A stretch of DNA of 64,000 bases, taken from assembly GCA_963702005.1 (NCBI GenBank), contig OY969696.1, forward strand, positions 3,680,001 through 3,744,000, read 5' to 3'. This stretch comes from Candidatus Aminicenantes bacterium. Its GTDB lineage: Bacteria; Acidobacteriota; Aminicenantia; Aminicenantales; JAFGBC01. Shown here piece by piece: positions 43,510-54,600 of this stretch (the stretch's first letter is position 1; each line of letters starts with the position of its first letter). A program made the translations under genes and the position numbers. The notes below the pieces were generated by a model, which was not told where the DNA came from, made no database searches, and saw nothing but the letters and a program-made list of their open reading frames with translations.

Positions 43510-44476
43510 CCTCGAATTCCTTGAGCGTTGTTCGGCCCAAACCGGTTTCCAGATAGCGGCGCTGGAAAAAGTCATCCGGCTTGGAGAAATGGCCGGGGAT
43601 ATCGCACGGCATCCCCTGCTCGGCGGAATTCTCGCCCTCAAGGGAGGGACGGCGTTCAACCTCTGCTTTGGCGGTCAGCCCCAGCGCCTTTCGGTGGACT
43701 TGGATTTCAATTATATCGGCGGCGCCGAACGGGAGAAAATGCTCGAGGCGCGCCCGCGGCTGGAGGCGGCCGTCGCGGATCTCGCTCGCCGCCGGGGATA
43801 TCTGGTTCAGAAATCAGCGGATGCTTTTGCGGGCAGGAAACTTTACCTGCTCTACCGATCCGTACTGAGTCAAAATGATCGAATCGAAATAGACTTGAAT
43901 TTCCTCTTCAGGGTACCCATCGCGGGCACGGAAAAGAAGCCGCTCTGGCAGCCCGGCGAGTTGGACCGGCCGGAGGTTCTGGTCGTCGGCAGGGAAGAAC
44001 TCATAATTGGAAAACTTCTCGCCTTCCTGGAGCGCGGCGCGGCAAAGGACGTCTGGGACACCGCCCACATAAAAGAGTCCGCCGACAATGTCCTGAAGTC
44101 CGTTCTTTTTCGAGCCAGGTTCATCGCGATGTCGGCCGTTCTTGATCATCCCCTTCCCAGCTATGGCCGTTCGCGTCTCGAGGGTCTCGTTACGGACCGT
44201 ATCGCCGTCGAACGGCTCGGTCCGATGCTGGCGCTAAGGTCCGTTCCCCCGGCCAAAGAACTCATTGAAAAGGCATGGACGGTTGTCGACCCGTTCCTCA
44301 AACTGGATCCCCCAGAGGAGGAATACATCAAGGCTATTTATGAAGGTGAACTCAAGACGGAGCGTCTCTTCCCGGAAGCGCCGGAAGAAGCCGCGAGATT
44401 CAAAGGACATCCGGCCATCTTATGGAAGCTGGCCAATATCAGAAAAAATCTGAAGCGCCCAACGGGAACCCCATGA
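43499..44476 (+). CDS. Type IV TA toxin, AbiEii/AbiGii nucleotidyltransferase
   Basis: LEKVIRL, LKGGTAFN, RLSVDLDF, GKLLAFLER...KDVWD. Confidence 0.9.
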   Translation: MKPSLEFLERCSAQTGFQIAALEKVIRLGEMAGDIARHPLLGGILALKGGTAFNLCFGGQPQRLSVDLDFNYIGGAEREKMLEARPRLEAAVADLARRRGYLVQKSADAFAGRKLYLLYRSVLSQNDRIEIDLNFLFRVPIAGTEKKPLWQPGELDRPEVLVVGREELIIGKLLAFLERGAAKDVWDTAHIKESADNVLKSVLFRARFIAMSAVLDHPLPSYGRSRLEGLVTDRIAVERLGPMLALRSVPPAKELIEKAWTVVDPFLKLDPPEEEYIKAIYEGELKTERLFPEAPEEAARFKGHPAILWKLANIRKNLKRPTGTP

Positions 44477-46167
44477 AAAACAAGGAGCTGGCCGTCCTGT
44501 TCGACCGCATCGCCGACGCCCTTGACATCAAGGGCGAGCAGGCCTTCAAGGTCCTCGCCTACCGCCGCGCCGCCCGCATCCTCGACGAGATGACGGACGA
44601 CGTCGCCCAGATCGCCGCCGCCGGCAAGCTCGAGGATATCCCCGGCATCGGGAGCGGAATCGCCAAGAAGATCCAGGAGTACATCCAGACCGGCGAGATG
44701 CAGAAGTATAAGGAAGCCCTCTCCGGCATCCCGCCCGGCCTCCTGACCCTCCTCGACATCCAGACCCTGGGCGCGAAAACGATCAAGCTCATGCACGACG
44801 AGCTCGGCGTCGCCTCCCTCTCCGGCCTCAAGAAGGTCATCGCCGACGGCCGTCTGGCCGCCCTCCGCGGCATGGGCGACAAAAAAGTCGAAAACATCCG
44901 CAAGGGGATAGAGCTCTTCGAGAAGGCCTCCCAGCGCGTCTCGATCTGGGCGGCCCTCCGCGTCGCCGCTTCCCTGATCGATCACCTCAAGGAATCCGGC
45001 CTGGTCGACAGGATCGAGGCAGCCGGGTCGCTCCGCCGCATGAAAGAGACCGTGGGCGATATCGACGTCCTCGCCTGCGCCAAGAAGAGCGGCGGCAAGG
45101 ACGGCGCCCGCATCATCGAGCGCTTCACGCACGCCCCCGACGTCAAGCGCGTCCTGGCCGCCGGCGCCACAAAAGCCTCGGTCATGGTCGCGACCGAGGA
45201 CGGCGAGCGCCAGGTCGACCTCCGCCTCGTGGACCGCTCAGAATATGGAGCCGCCCTCCAGTATTTCACGGGCTCCAAGGCCCACAACATCAAGCTTCGC
45301 TCCATGGCCAAGGACAAAGGCCTCAAGATCTCCGAGTACGGCGTCTTCAAGGGCGCGCGGAAGATCGCTGGCGCCGCCGAGGAGGAGGTCTACGCCGCCC
45401 TCGGCCTGGCCTGGGTTCCGCCCGAGATGCGCGAGGACCGCGGCGAGGTCGAGCTCGCCCTCGCCCGCCGCCTCCCGGCCATCCTCGACTACGGCGACAT
45501 CAAGGGCGACCTCCACGTCCACTCCAACGCGAGCGACGGGACGCTCACCCTGCGAGAGATCGCCGACCACGGCCGCCGTATGGGCTATTCCTATATCGCG
45601 ATCTGCGACCATTCCCAGAGCGTGAAATACGCCCACGGCCTCTCCCCCGACCGCCTGCGCCGGCAGATGAAGGAGATCGACGCCCTCAACCGCTCGCTCA
45701 AGCCGAAGCGCTTCCGCCTCCTCAAGGGGACCGAGGTCGATATCCTTGCTGACGGCTCGCTCGACTTCCCGGATTCTCTGCTCAAGGAGCTCGATTTCGT
45801 GGTCGCCGCGATCCACTCCGGGTTCAAGAAGAACGTGACCGAGCGGATCCTGAAGGCTATGGAGCATCCCTACGTGAAGGTCATCGCCCATCCAACGGGC
45901 CGCCTCATCAGCGGCCGCGAGGGGTACGCCGTGGATATCGAGAAGGTCATCGCGGGCGCGAAGCGCACCGGCAAGGCCCTTGAGCTGAACGCTTACTACG
46001 ACCGTCTCGATCTCGATGAGTTCAACTGTAAACGTGCCCGTGAGCTCGGCGTAAAAATTAGCATTGGCACCGACTGTCACGCCGCCAGTGGCCTTGAGAT
46101 GATGCGCCTCGGCGTCGGCATCGCCCGCCGTGCCTGGCTGGGGAAATGCAATATTTATGAACTCTAG
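44473..46167 (+). CDS. polX: DNA polymerase X with PHP domain; extreme C-terminus replaced
   Basis: AGSLRR, GDIDVL, QVDLR, YFTGSKAHN; PHP motifs DLHVHS, DHS, EVDI, AHPTGR, TDCH. Confidence 0.95.
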   Translation: MKNKELAVLFDRIADALDIKGEQAFKVLAYRRAARILDEMTDDVAQIAAAGKLEDIPGIGSGIAKKIQEYIQTGEMQKYKEALSGIPPGLLTLLDIQTLGAKTIKLMHDELGVASLSGLKKVIADGRLAALRGMGDKKVENIRKGIELFEKASQRVSIWAALRVAASLIDHLKESGLVDRIEAAGSLRRMKETVGDIDVLACAKKSGGKDGARIIERFTHAPDVKRVLAAGATKASVMVATEDGERQVDLRLVDRSEYGAALQYFTGSKAHNIKLRSMAKDKGLKISEYGVFKGARKIAGAAEEEVYAALGLAWVPPEMREDRGEVELALARRLPAILDYGDIKGDLHVHSNASDGTLTLREIADHGRRMGYSYIAICDHSQSVKYAHGLSPDRLRRQMKEIDALNRSLKPKRFRLLKGTEVDILADGSLDFPDSLLKELDFVVAAIHSGFKKNVTERILKAMEHPYVKVIAHPTGRLISGREGYAVDIEKVIAGAKRTGKALELNAYYDRLDLDEFNCKRARELGVKISIGTDCHAASGLEMMRLGVGIARRAWLGKCNIYEL

Positions 46168-46352
46168 AGAAAACAAGAGTGTTGAGCATTATTCCGAAAA
46201 AGTGATGTTCTAGTGAGGAACCATGAATGGACAAGCTTGACAATCAATGTATTATGCATCCCTATGGCCCATAATTGAGGACTCAATTCGGCGTTATCGT
46301 AGCAATCTTAATATTTGATAATCATTATTTAAGTGATATATTTATTTAATCG

Positions 46353-47261
46353 ATGACAAACGAAATGGATCCTAAATGGAAACGGTTTGAAAAAGCCGTT
46401 TTTGAAATTCAGAAACAGCTTTCACCTGATTCAGACGTAAAATATAATGATTTTATTAAAGGGGTAGATTCGCAAGCGCTTAGGCAGATTGATATTAGCG
46501 TTCGGAGACATATTGCTCAGTACTCAATATTGATTGTAATTGAATGCAAAGACTATAAGAAGTCAATTGATATCAAAGTCGTTGAAGAATTTGCTGGACT
46601 TGTTAAAGACGTGCGCGCTAATAAGGGAGCAATAATTTCAAGCTCAGGTTTTACAGAGTCGGCTCTTCGCTATGTTAAAGCCCATGGGATTGATGCTTTT
46701 CAACTTATTGACACAGAAAGTATGGACTGGAAAGTTTATGCCTCGGTCCCCGTTCTTTTAGAAAGCACTAATTTCAAAAGATTCAGAATAATCTTTAAAA
46801 ACTTCACAAAGTTGCCAAGAATCATAGAAAATGCCGATGTAAAGACATTAAAGTTGTTTTCGACTGATGGTGAGCTAATGGGAACAATCGGAAATATTAT
46901 TGCCAATAAATGGAACAATCATGAGATAGATGAAATGCCCGGGGAAAAAGAGGTTCAAATCGGAAAAAATATATCTTTAGAAATCGCAAATGATCATGTA
47001 ACGCCAATTGATATTTATGCACAGGTCTATGTAGTAAAGAACTTTTATTACGGCAAGTTGCCGATACACTTTAAAGGCTTTCAAGATTTGCAAAATGGTG
47101 GAGTCATATCTAACGAGCTAGAAACAGATGCGATAGAGCCGTACAAAATAGAAAAAGGATTAATTGAGGGATGGGAAAAAATAGATAATCCTGAAGACTT
47201 GTCAGTAACGCCATTTATGAGGCTTAGTGTAAAAGACCACATTCCAGTCGATAAATTGTAG
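46353..47261 (+). CDS. Mrr-like PD-(D/E)xK restriction endonuclease with unknown C-terminal domain
   Basis: FEKAV, RQIDIS, IECKDY, KGAIISSSGFT. Confidence 0.82.
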   Translation: MTNEMDPKWKRFEKAVFEIQKQLSPDSDVKYNDFIKGVDSQALRQIDISVRRHIAQYSILIVIECKDYKKSIDIKVVEEFAGLVKDVRANKGAIISSSGFTESALRYVKAHGIDAFQLIDTESMDWKVYASVPVLLESTNFKRFRIIFKNFTKLPRIIENADVKTLKLFSTDGELMGTIGNIIANKWNNHEIDEMPGEKEVQIGKNISLEIANDHVTPIDIYAQVYVVKNFYYGKLPIHFKGFQDLQNGGVISNELETDAIEPYKIEKGLIEGWEKIDNPEDLSVTPFMRLSVKDHIPVDKL

Positions 47262-47378
47262 TCTTGGTTGAGCTCTTTTCATTTTAAGAACATAGTAACA
47301 ATAAATAGAATTAGGGGGGAATAATTTGCTTATACATGGAAATGTCCCGGAACTTATCAGATAATCGACTTATCTAGG

Positions 47379-48791
47379 CTAATGACTTACTAAATCTTTA
47401 TATTTTTGATTCCTTGCGAGCAAAGTCTTAACATTTTCGACGGGCATCCCCAATTCCGATAGGAAACAGATTTCGATTACAAACTTCATCTTTTGGACCA
47501 GCCAATTTAAGGATTGTCCTTTTTTAACTTGAGATTCAAGTTGTTCATCATAATGCGTCAAATAATTTCTTGTATTACATACATCCTCTATGAACAAATC
47601 CGGAGATTTTATGAAAAGTGTAATCCAATCCCCGCATTGTCCCAATATTATTTTTAGCCTTTTCCTAAGAGAAAAATCATTCAGATATTTCATTTTATTG
47701 CGTAAACTCTCTTTGAAGTCTGGATCAAGGCTATTCTCAATTGCGTTGAGAAAAGCGTCGTATTGTGATCTAAAATCTTCGTCTGAAACATATTTCCCGC
47801 CGGATGTGCGTCTATGGTAGGATTCTAAAGCTTGCGCTAAGCTAAGAAACTCATGATTGCGATACATTGAGGGATTGTAGAAAGTGCCGAAGTATAGCTC
47901 ATACACAGGACATAGTAAAGATGACTTATCAATCCAATTCTTCAGATAGATAGTAAAATAATCAGCTATGTCTCTGAACGTAAATAGCATTTCATGCTGA
48001 TGGACCTTTGCGGAATAATCAACAAATATGCCTGCGCGAGTGAATATTTGGATATCGTTTAATACGATCTCTCCATTTGCCAGTTTTGTAACGCTGTCCT
48101 TGGACTTCCCAATAATGGTGCGGGGGTATATGGCTTTGCCTATGGCGAGGCTCAGAAAGTCTCGAATATTTTCCATGATTCCATCTAGATATACCCTGAA
48201 ACCGAGCGGTTTCGGAGGTTTTATGTTTATGAAGATCGTTTGTTTTAAGTCGAAGGAATATGTAAGATCAGAGTGAGAACCGAAGTTGAAGTTAATATTA
48301 ATATCATAATTTTCTAGCTTTGCTACAATCGCCTTTGGCGGTTCATATGTGTAAGCAATTTTCTTGATATGCCCATTTTGATCAATTTCCGTGTCTTGTT
48401 TGAAGCCTGAGATCCCAATCCATTCCTCTAAATTCGAATAGCTTATCGAAATATCATCTAAAAGGATTTCTTCTTCTTTCTTAAAGTGACAGCCGATAAA
48501 TATTACATTAACATAGAAGACTGATTTCGGTAGGCCGGGAAAGCTTAAACTAAACGATTTTTCAAAGCACTTGTATAGGGTTATCGATTTTCCGCTAACC
48601 GTAACGCCTAAAATGATAGTTGGAGCAGATAATTCTTTATTAATAATTCCGCTAAGATCATCAATACCCTTAAAAGTGCCAATGAGTTCGAGGCAGGCTC
48701 CTTCTTTAGGATTATATTTAAGTATGCCGGATATCTGAAAATTGGGATTTTCGGGGAGCCACCAAACACCGCTATGCTCAATCGTTTCCAT
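47379..48791 (-). CDS. ApeA-like HEPN protein (N-terminal ApeA-type domain + HEPN RNase)
   Basis: GVWWLPE...ISGILKY...LELIG N-terminus; FLSLAQALESYHR; RNYLTH (Rx4H). Confidence 0.8.
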   Translation of the reverse strand: METIEHSGVWWLPENPNFQISGILKYNPKEGACLELIGTFKGIDDLSGIINKELSAPTIILGVTVSGKSITLYKCFEKSFSLSFPGLPKSVFYVNVIFIGCHFKKEEEILLDDISISYSNLEEWIGISGFKQDTEIDQNGHIKKIAYTYEPPKAIVAKLENYDININFNFGSHSDLTYSFDLKQTIFINIKPPKPLGFRVYLDGIMENIRDFLSLAIGKAIYPRTIIGKSKDSVTKLANGEIVLNDIQIFTRAGIFVDYSAKVHQHEMLFTFRDIADYFTIYLKNWIDKSSLLCPVYELYFGTFYNPSMYRNHEFLSLAQALESYHRRTSGGKYVSDEDFRSQYDAFLNAIENSLDPDFKESLRNKMKYLNDFSLRKRLKIILGQCGDWITLFIKSPDLFIEDVCNTRNYLTHYDEQLESQVKKGQSLNWLVQKMKFVIEICFLSELGMPVENVKTLLARNQKYKDLVSH

Positions 48792-49018
48792 TTAGAACCT
48801 CTGCAACGGTTATCTAAAGCCCAAATTATTAATAATTTATAATATTTTAACCTGCCTAGGCAAATGCGTCCTTTTTTGACTAAGCTATTTTATAGTAACC
48901 TTCTCATTTTTGCTTAGGGCGGCGAGCCATCATTAACTCTCTTCGAAAGCCAACTCGAAATAGAGGCGGGTGCCATAAGATTAGGTCTGAGAGTAGCTCG
49001 CGGGACCCGTGACGCCGC

Positions 49019-49237
49019 TGACCTGTTACCCTTAAATCGGTCCAGGTATAATAAGAAAAACCTGGGAGAGGAGATATTTGATATGCTTTTAGAGGCCAGG
49101 GTTGTGATAGAAGACTGGAGCCGGGAATATATCCTACGTCGGCCTCACAGATCTCTGAGATATCAGCCACCATCGCCATAGACCATAATGCTTGAAAATC
49201 TCACTTCTGAGGTGGTACATTGAACGGGGGCAGATCA
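49019..49237 (+). mobile_element. Internally deleted IS3-family element (miniature relic)
   Basis: TG...CA ends with imperfect IRs (TGACCTGTTACCC / GGGGGCAGATCA); interior translates EIFDMLLEARVVIEDWSREYILRRPHRSLRYQPP, the IS3 OrfB C-terminus pattern. Confidence 0.75.
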
Positions 49238-49464
49238 AGAATACGATCAGAGTATCTGCAGTTCACGATCTTTACGGGACAATGATGAACGAAGGTACAA
49301 ATAAAGAAATTCTGGTAAAAACGAGTTGCTACGGCCTAGATGCTTTCGAATTTTCGAAAGACAAGCCGATAGAGCTGCTGGATGGTGGTCAGTTGCTTTA
49401 TCTGCTTAATCAGATTGGCGTCAATGCACGTATAGTTTTTCCGGAGGAGTGGAAAGGAAACTAG
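49238..49464 (+). pseudogene. C-terminal fragment of Mrr-family restriction endonuclease
   Basis: VSAVHDLYGTMMNEG..KEILVKTS.YG.DAFEF.KDKPIELLDG; 5' part cut off at the IS right end. Confidence 0.75.
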
Positions 49465-49520
49465 GAAATATATATGGGATAAGGCTGAGTCTATTGTTAT
49501 AAAAAGGACAGTGAACCCGG

Positions 49521-51674
49521 ATGGTTAGCCCGCTTGGAACATGGGAGAATGAATTAGCGAGTGCTATCCTCAGTATTGAGCTTATCAGAAGGAATACGGC
49601 CGGGGCAATTCTTTCGGCTGTTCCAAACCGAGAAAGGTGGGAAGACTTTTTAAACTCAGTTAGGGCGGAGTGGGATAACTGGAAAGTTAGCTTAGAAAAC
49701 TACCCGGCGTGTCTGGTCGTCTTATACGGCGGGGTCGCCTTCTTCAAATACGAAGATTTAAGGTTTTGGCGTTACTTTTCTGAGGCAGTCACGGGCCGCA
49801 CCGGTGAGGAACCTCCGTCACCTTCCCAACAAACGCATATAAATAAATTTTTCCGAAAGGCCCTTGAGGATAACCAATTAAAAATAGTATCTCAAGCCGG
49901 CAAGATCGACTTTGTAGGTTCCGCAATCTGGCACATTGGCGTTCCTCTCTCTCTATGGGATGGATTCATTGACATCTGTGAGTGGGCTTTATGGCAGCAG
50001 GATTGGCAGTCGATGCCAGCAGCTGATTGGGCCGCCGAGGTTACGAGGCACATCCCGAGTCGGCCGCGGTTGAGAAGGTTCCTAATCGAGAATCGGGCAG
50101 CAGCCGCCAGTTTCATTCAGGAAATTCTAGAAGTACGAGAAATTCTTAGGAATGATCTCAGCCTAACCATTGAAGATATAGCCCGCGCAAGTGTTCTTCG
50201 CTTTGAGTTTTTTGACGAAGTTCCGGAGACAGCTGAATTTATACGTTCTCAGAATCCAGATTCTTTATTTAAGAATCACGCAAGAATAATATGGAACGAA
50301 AGCAGAAGAAAGATCTCTGTTCAACTCCCTGGCGTAAATCGGGAACAATTGCCTGCAATGTGGCAGCTTGGCTGCCGACACCAACAAGCAGCCTTGACTC
50401 CAACTGAAATGGTTCTCGATGCTGAAGTCTTCCAAAGTAAACTCTCGTTGGTTTTAAAAACCAGGGAAGCCCGCGAGTTCCAGAGTCTTTTCGGAGCTTC
50501 CCCATGGGGATTTTTTGACGTTGAGGCCGCTGGGCAATTAGTTAATTCTAACCGAGACGTACTCCCATTAAAAAGCTATGCATTAATTTCCAATCAACAG
50601 ATTGAAATAAAGAATGTCCAAGGCTTTGATCACGCCGAAGGTGATATAAACGAGTCATTTGAACTATCGGATGGCTCGATATGTTTTATGACGCGTCTTT
50701 GGCCAACAGGAAATTATGCTGAAATAGAACTACGTCATCAAGGAGAGCCCAAGAAACTCCGCTTTAGAACGAGAGCCAAGATTGCGGTTCGCCGTTTCTT
50801 TGGAAAACATTATAAGGCTGCGTATTTTATTCGGATGCCTGATGGTACAATCGAATGCGAAGAATATCCAATTTTCTGCGTGGCCATACCCAGAGACTTC
50901 TTTAAGGACAGTTATGCAGAATTACGTAGACATTTCAGAATCAAGGAGGGAGATAGTACCGCGAGTGGCCATTGGCAGCAGATTAGTGCAAAAATGGGAG
51001 AGGGGGACCGCGAGTATTTCGAATGGATATGGGGGGATACGCCTTTCATCGAAACTAAATCGGATAAAACGATCAAGGATCTCAGAAGGCTAGGCGATGT
51101 TGTTAGGCCAAAGGACGTTAAAGGCAAGAAAGAATTGTGTATTAAGTCCCCCGAATTTTCCTATAGCTACACTGTTGAGAAGCGCGGCCGCAACAGAAGA
51201 ATTGATGAATGCTGGAAGGATCTTCCGGGCAAATATGCACTATGGTTCATCCTTTGCCAGGCAGGAGAAAACGAGGCTGGCATGAAATTAGATGATATCT
51301 TAATTGCGCGAGACGTAGTAGTCCCCAATGCACCAGATTCGTCATTCTCTAATTATCTCCTTCGTAGGTATGAGTCCTTAGGATTCTTGATACAAAGAGG
51401 ACACAGATGGGAGATGGGCAAGCCGCGGGCCGAACTAGGATATCCAGCCAGTGGTTCCTTCGAATTAAAGTATTGTGGAGATCCCTCTATTCTTTGGGGA
51501 TCATATCGTAGGCTTTCCTGGGATAATATCGTCCTTCCAGCAGTCGAAGTCGTAAGTAGACGAGACGAGCTACCATTCCTTCGTATGGTATGGAGATCTG
51601 AAGCAAGGGCAAAGATAGAATGGGATCTCAAAACCCACGGTGTTGAAATAGCGAGAGAGTTGTGGAGTCATTGA
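49521..51674 (+). CDS. Hypothetical 717 aa partner of DUF1998 helicase (Druantia DruH/DruF-like position)
   Basis: Long ORF in island, overlaps helicase start by 13 bp; no catalytic motif recognised. Confidence 0.7.
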   Translation: MVSPLGTWENELASAILSIELIRRNTAGAILSAVPNRERWEDFLNSVRAEWDNWKVSLENYPACLVVLYGGVAFFKYEDLRFWRYFSEAVTGRTGEEPPSPSQQTHINKFFRKALEDNQLKIVSQAGKIDFVGSAIWHIGVPLSLWDGFIDICEWALWQQDWQSMPAADWAAEVTRHIPSRPRLRRFLIENRAAAASFIQEILEVREILRNDLSLTIEDIARASVLRFEFFDEVPETAEFIRSQNPDSLFKNHARIIWNESRRKISVQLPGVNREQLPAMWQLGCRHQQAALTPTEMVLDAEVFQSKLSLVLKTREAREFQSLFGASPWGFFDVEAAGQLVNSNRDVLPLKSYALISNQQIEIKNVQGFDHAEGDINESFELSDGSICFMTRLWPTGNYAEIELRHQGEPKKLRFRTRAKIAVRRFFGKHYKAAYFIRMPDGTIECEEYPIFCVAIPRDFFKDSYAELRRHFRIKEGDSTASGHWQQISAKMGEGDREYFEWIWGDTPFIETKSDKTIKDLRRLGDVVRPKDVKGKKELCIKSPEFSYSYTVEKRGRNRRIDECWKDLPGKYALWFILCQAGENEAGMKLDDILIARDVVVPNAPDSSFSNYLLRRYESLGFLIQRGHRWEMGKPRAELGYPASGSFELKYCGDPSILWGSYRRLSWDNIVLPAVEVVSRRDELPFLRMVWRSEARAKIEWDLKTHGVEIARELWSH

Positions 51675-54600
51675 ACTCTCGGTTTATCAACGAGGTGTTT
51701 CTGCCATATAAGGAATTCTTACGAGCAAAGTATCGATTCCATCGTCAATTTGAGCATGCGAAGTCCGCTTGGGAAAACAAATTGACTATGGAAGAACTAG
51801 TGAACGGTGCGTATCTTGAAAAATCACAGGTATATGCAGCCGGATTGCCTCTCGAAAAACTGAATCTACATAAAGCAACCCGAGAAACCATAAGCGCCCG
51901 ATTAGATGGACGGGACTTGTGGAAACACCAGACGGATGCCCTCCAACTTCTACTTGACGGTAAGAATGCTGTTATTGCAACCGGCACAAGTAGTGGCAAA
52001 ACACTTTGTTTCCAGATTCCTATCCTTGATGATCTGGTCCGGCGGCCTTCCCCTGGCCTTCGGGCAATTATCATCTATCCGCTTAATGCTTTAGTGAATG
52101 ATCAACTTGAAGAATGGGAGCAGATGCTTAAAAGCTATCCTTCCATCACCTTCGCTCGATTTACAGGTCAAACACCAAAAACACAAATCGATTATATTGA
52201 AAGACTCAAAAACGTATCTCGCACCCAGCTCCGCGACCAACAATTATCACAACGAGATCTTGAAAGAATCGTTTATGAACAGGTTCAGCAGAAAATAAGA
52301 GAGGCTATACCAAATCGCCTAAACCACAGGGAGGCAATACGAGCCACCCCCCCGAACGTTTTAGTTACCAATTTCTCGATGCTCGAATACCTCCTCGAAC
52401 GGCCGGTTGACGCTCCGATATTCGAAAACGGGGACTTGAAATTCCTTGTCTTAGATGAAGCCCATGCCTATCGAGGAGTCCAAGCTACCGAGATCGCTTT
52501 CTTAGTTCGGCGCCTCAAGGACCGTCTTGGCGTTATGTCGTTAACGTGTATTGCCACGTCCGCCACTCTCGGAAAGCTTGAAGATGCAGATAGTCGTGCA
52601 AAGGTTCGAAAATTTGCATCGGATATATTTGGGGAACAATTTTCCGAGCCAAATCCTATCTTCAGCACGATTACTGTCCCTCCAATATTGCAGCCAACGA
52701 TTAGCCCAAGTCCAGAAAATTATGTAGCGGCACTAAGCGCACTGAGGAGCAACCATGCCGCTGATGTTGCATATCATCTAGGAATTATTGAGAGTGCTCC
52801 CAGCATCACAACTATCCTCAGTCATGATGAAAATCTTTATCGGCTGCGGAGGGAGATTCTTTCCAAACCGTGTTTGATAAAAGACGCTGCAAAAGCTTTG
52901 TGGCCAACTAATGAAAAAGCGGAAGAAGGCCTATTTGCTCTGCTGGAAATTGTGGTGTTTGCAAAGGAAGATCAAGCACATGAGGATCTCCTTCCCACGA
53001 GGCTTCATTATTTCATCAGGGCACAAGATGGGCTACATATCTGTTTGCGCAAAGACTGCCCCGCTCGAAGTGAAGGAAGAGCTGCTTTCTTTGTATCGCG
53101 GACGACTGAAAAAGAAGTCCCCGAAGGTGAGTGTCCAGAGTGTTACCGAAGTGGCTTGAAATCGCACCTGGTTGAAGTGGTGACCTGCAGAAAATGTGGC
53201 TATCTATTTGGCGCCCTCCAGGACTTGGGACCTCGACGTGCTCAGCTTCACGGAGACGCAGATAATGCGATTCTGCCGCATTTTGACTCGTTCGATACGG
53301 GACTAGGGTGGGCAGGAGACTCGTATTGGTCGTATTTTTCAACCGCAGAAGACTTGCCGTTCCCCGAGCAACTCAGGCTGGATGAAGACGATGACGATCA
53401 ATATGACCTATTTCTTCACCCGGCAACACTTGACTGGTGCGTTATCTGCGGAAAGAAACACGATTTAGGCGATGGTGATAATTGTAGATGTTCAAAACCT
53501 CATCTACGAAAAATCCAAGTGTTTCATAGACAATGTCCCACCACTGGCAAAGCGGAGGACCGAGAGAATCTTTATGGTAACGAGAAGGAATTATTAACCG
53601 CATGTCCTAACTGCGGGGCGAGGAACGCATCTGGGATTGAGCCGCTTCGGCGTTTTCAGGAATCCGATGATGAAGTTGGTTTAGCTATGGCAATCCCGTT
53701 TGCGCATTTTCAAATAGAACCCTGGCTGGGGCAAAGTAGCCCTCCGCGCAAGCTACTCTGCTTTACCGATCACCGTCAACGGGCTGCGGCTTTTCCTTCG
53801 TTGCTTGAGGAAGAAACATTTGACTGGGACATGGGGCGGAAAATAGTGGAAACAGTTATTAGGGTGTCACGTCCTCCCAGTGTTGTTGAATTGGGTGAGC
53901 ATCTTGCTGAAATAGCAGACCCTAACTCATCTCTGTATGATCCAAACTTCTTCCTTCCGGTATCTAGATACCCAGATGAAGACCTCGATTCGAAAGAAAA
54001 GCGCAATCTCTGGGTCGCAGAGACGTTTTCTTATTTCGGAATCCCGGACTCAGCCCGTGATTCGGCCGAGGACTTGGGCCTGATAAGAGTGGAGTATCGT
54101 CTGAAAAACGATGAAATAAAAGAACTTAATGAGCCTATTCTGAACTTCACACGAGACTTTGAGGAAGCAAACGCGTTATTACAGACATTGCTTAGATTCG
54201 TAAGGCACAGAAAGGCTTTTACTTTGCCCAAGGGCGTAAAGCCTGATGCGGTGGCTTTTGGAAGAGTTACCGCTGATTTGGCTTATGTTAAACAAAAGGG
54301 GAATGTCAAAAACAGCATCGGATGGCTTCCAGCCAGGGATAATGAAAGTGCGATTACGGATTATGTGCGTCGTATATTTCATATTACTCATAATGAAGCG
54401 CTAAATATTGCCAGCGCCATCTGGGATATTCTCACCTTGCGACATCTTTTACTTGAATACAGGGGCAGATGGAAACTCGATCACGAGCGTTTGTATGTTT
54501 TAAGATCGGAAAAGCGATATGTATGCAACCGTTGCGGTTTGGTAATTGCTTATTCAGTACGCAATTATTGTCCCAGAAGAGAATGTAACGGGACATTGGA

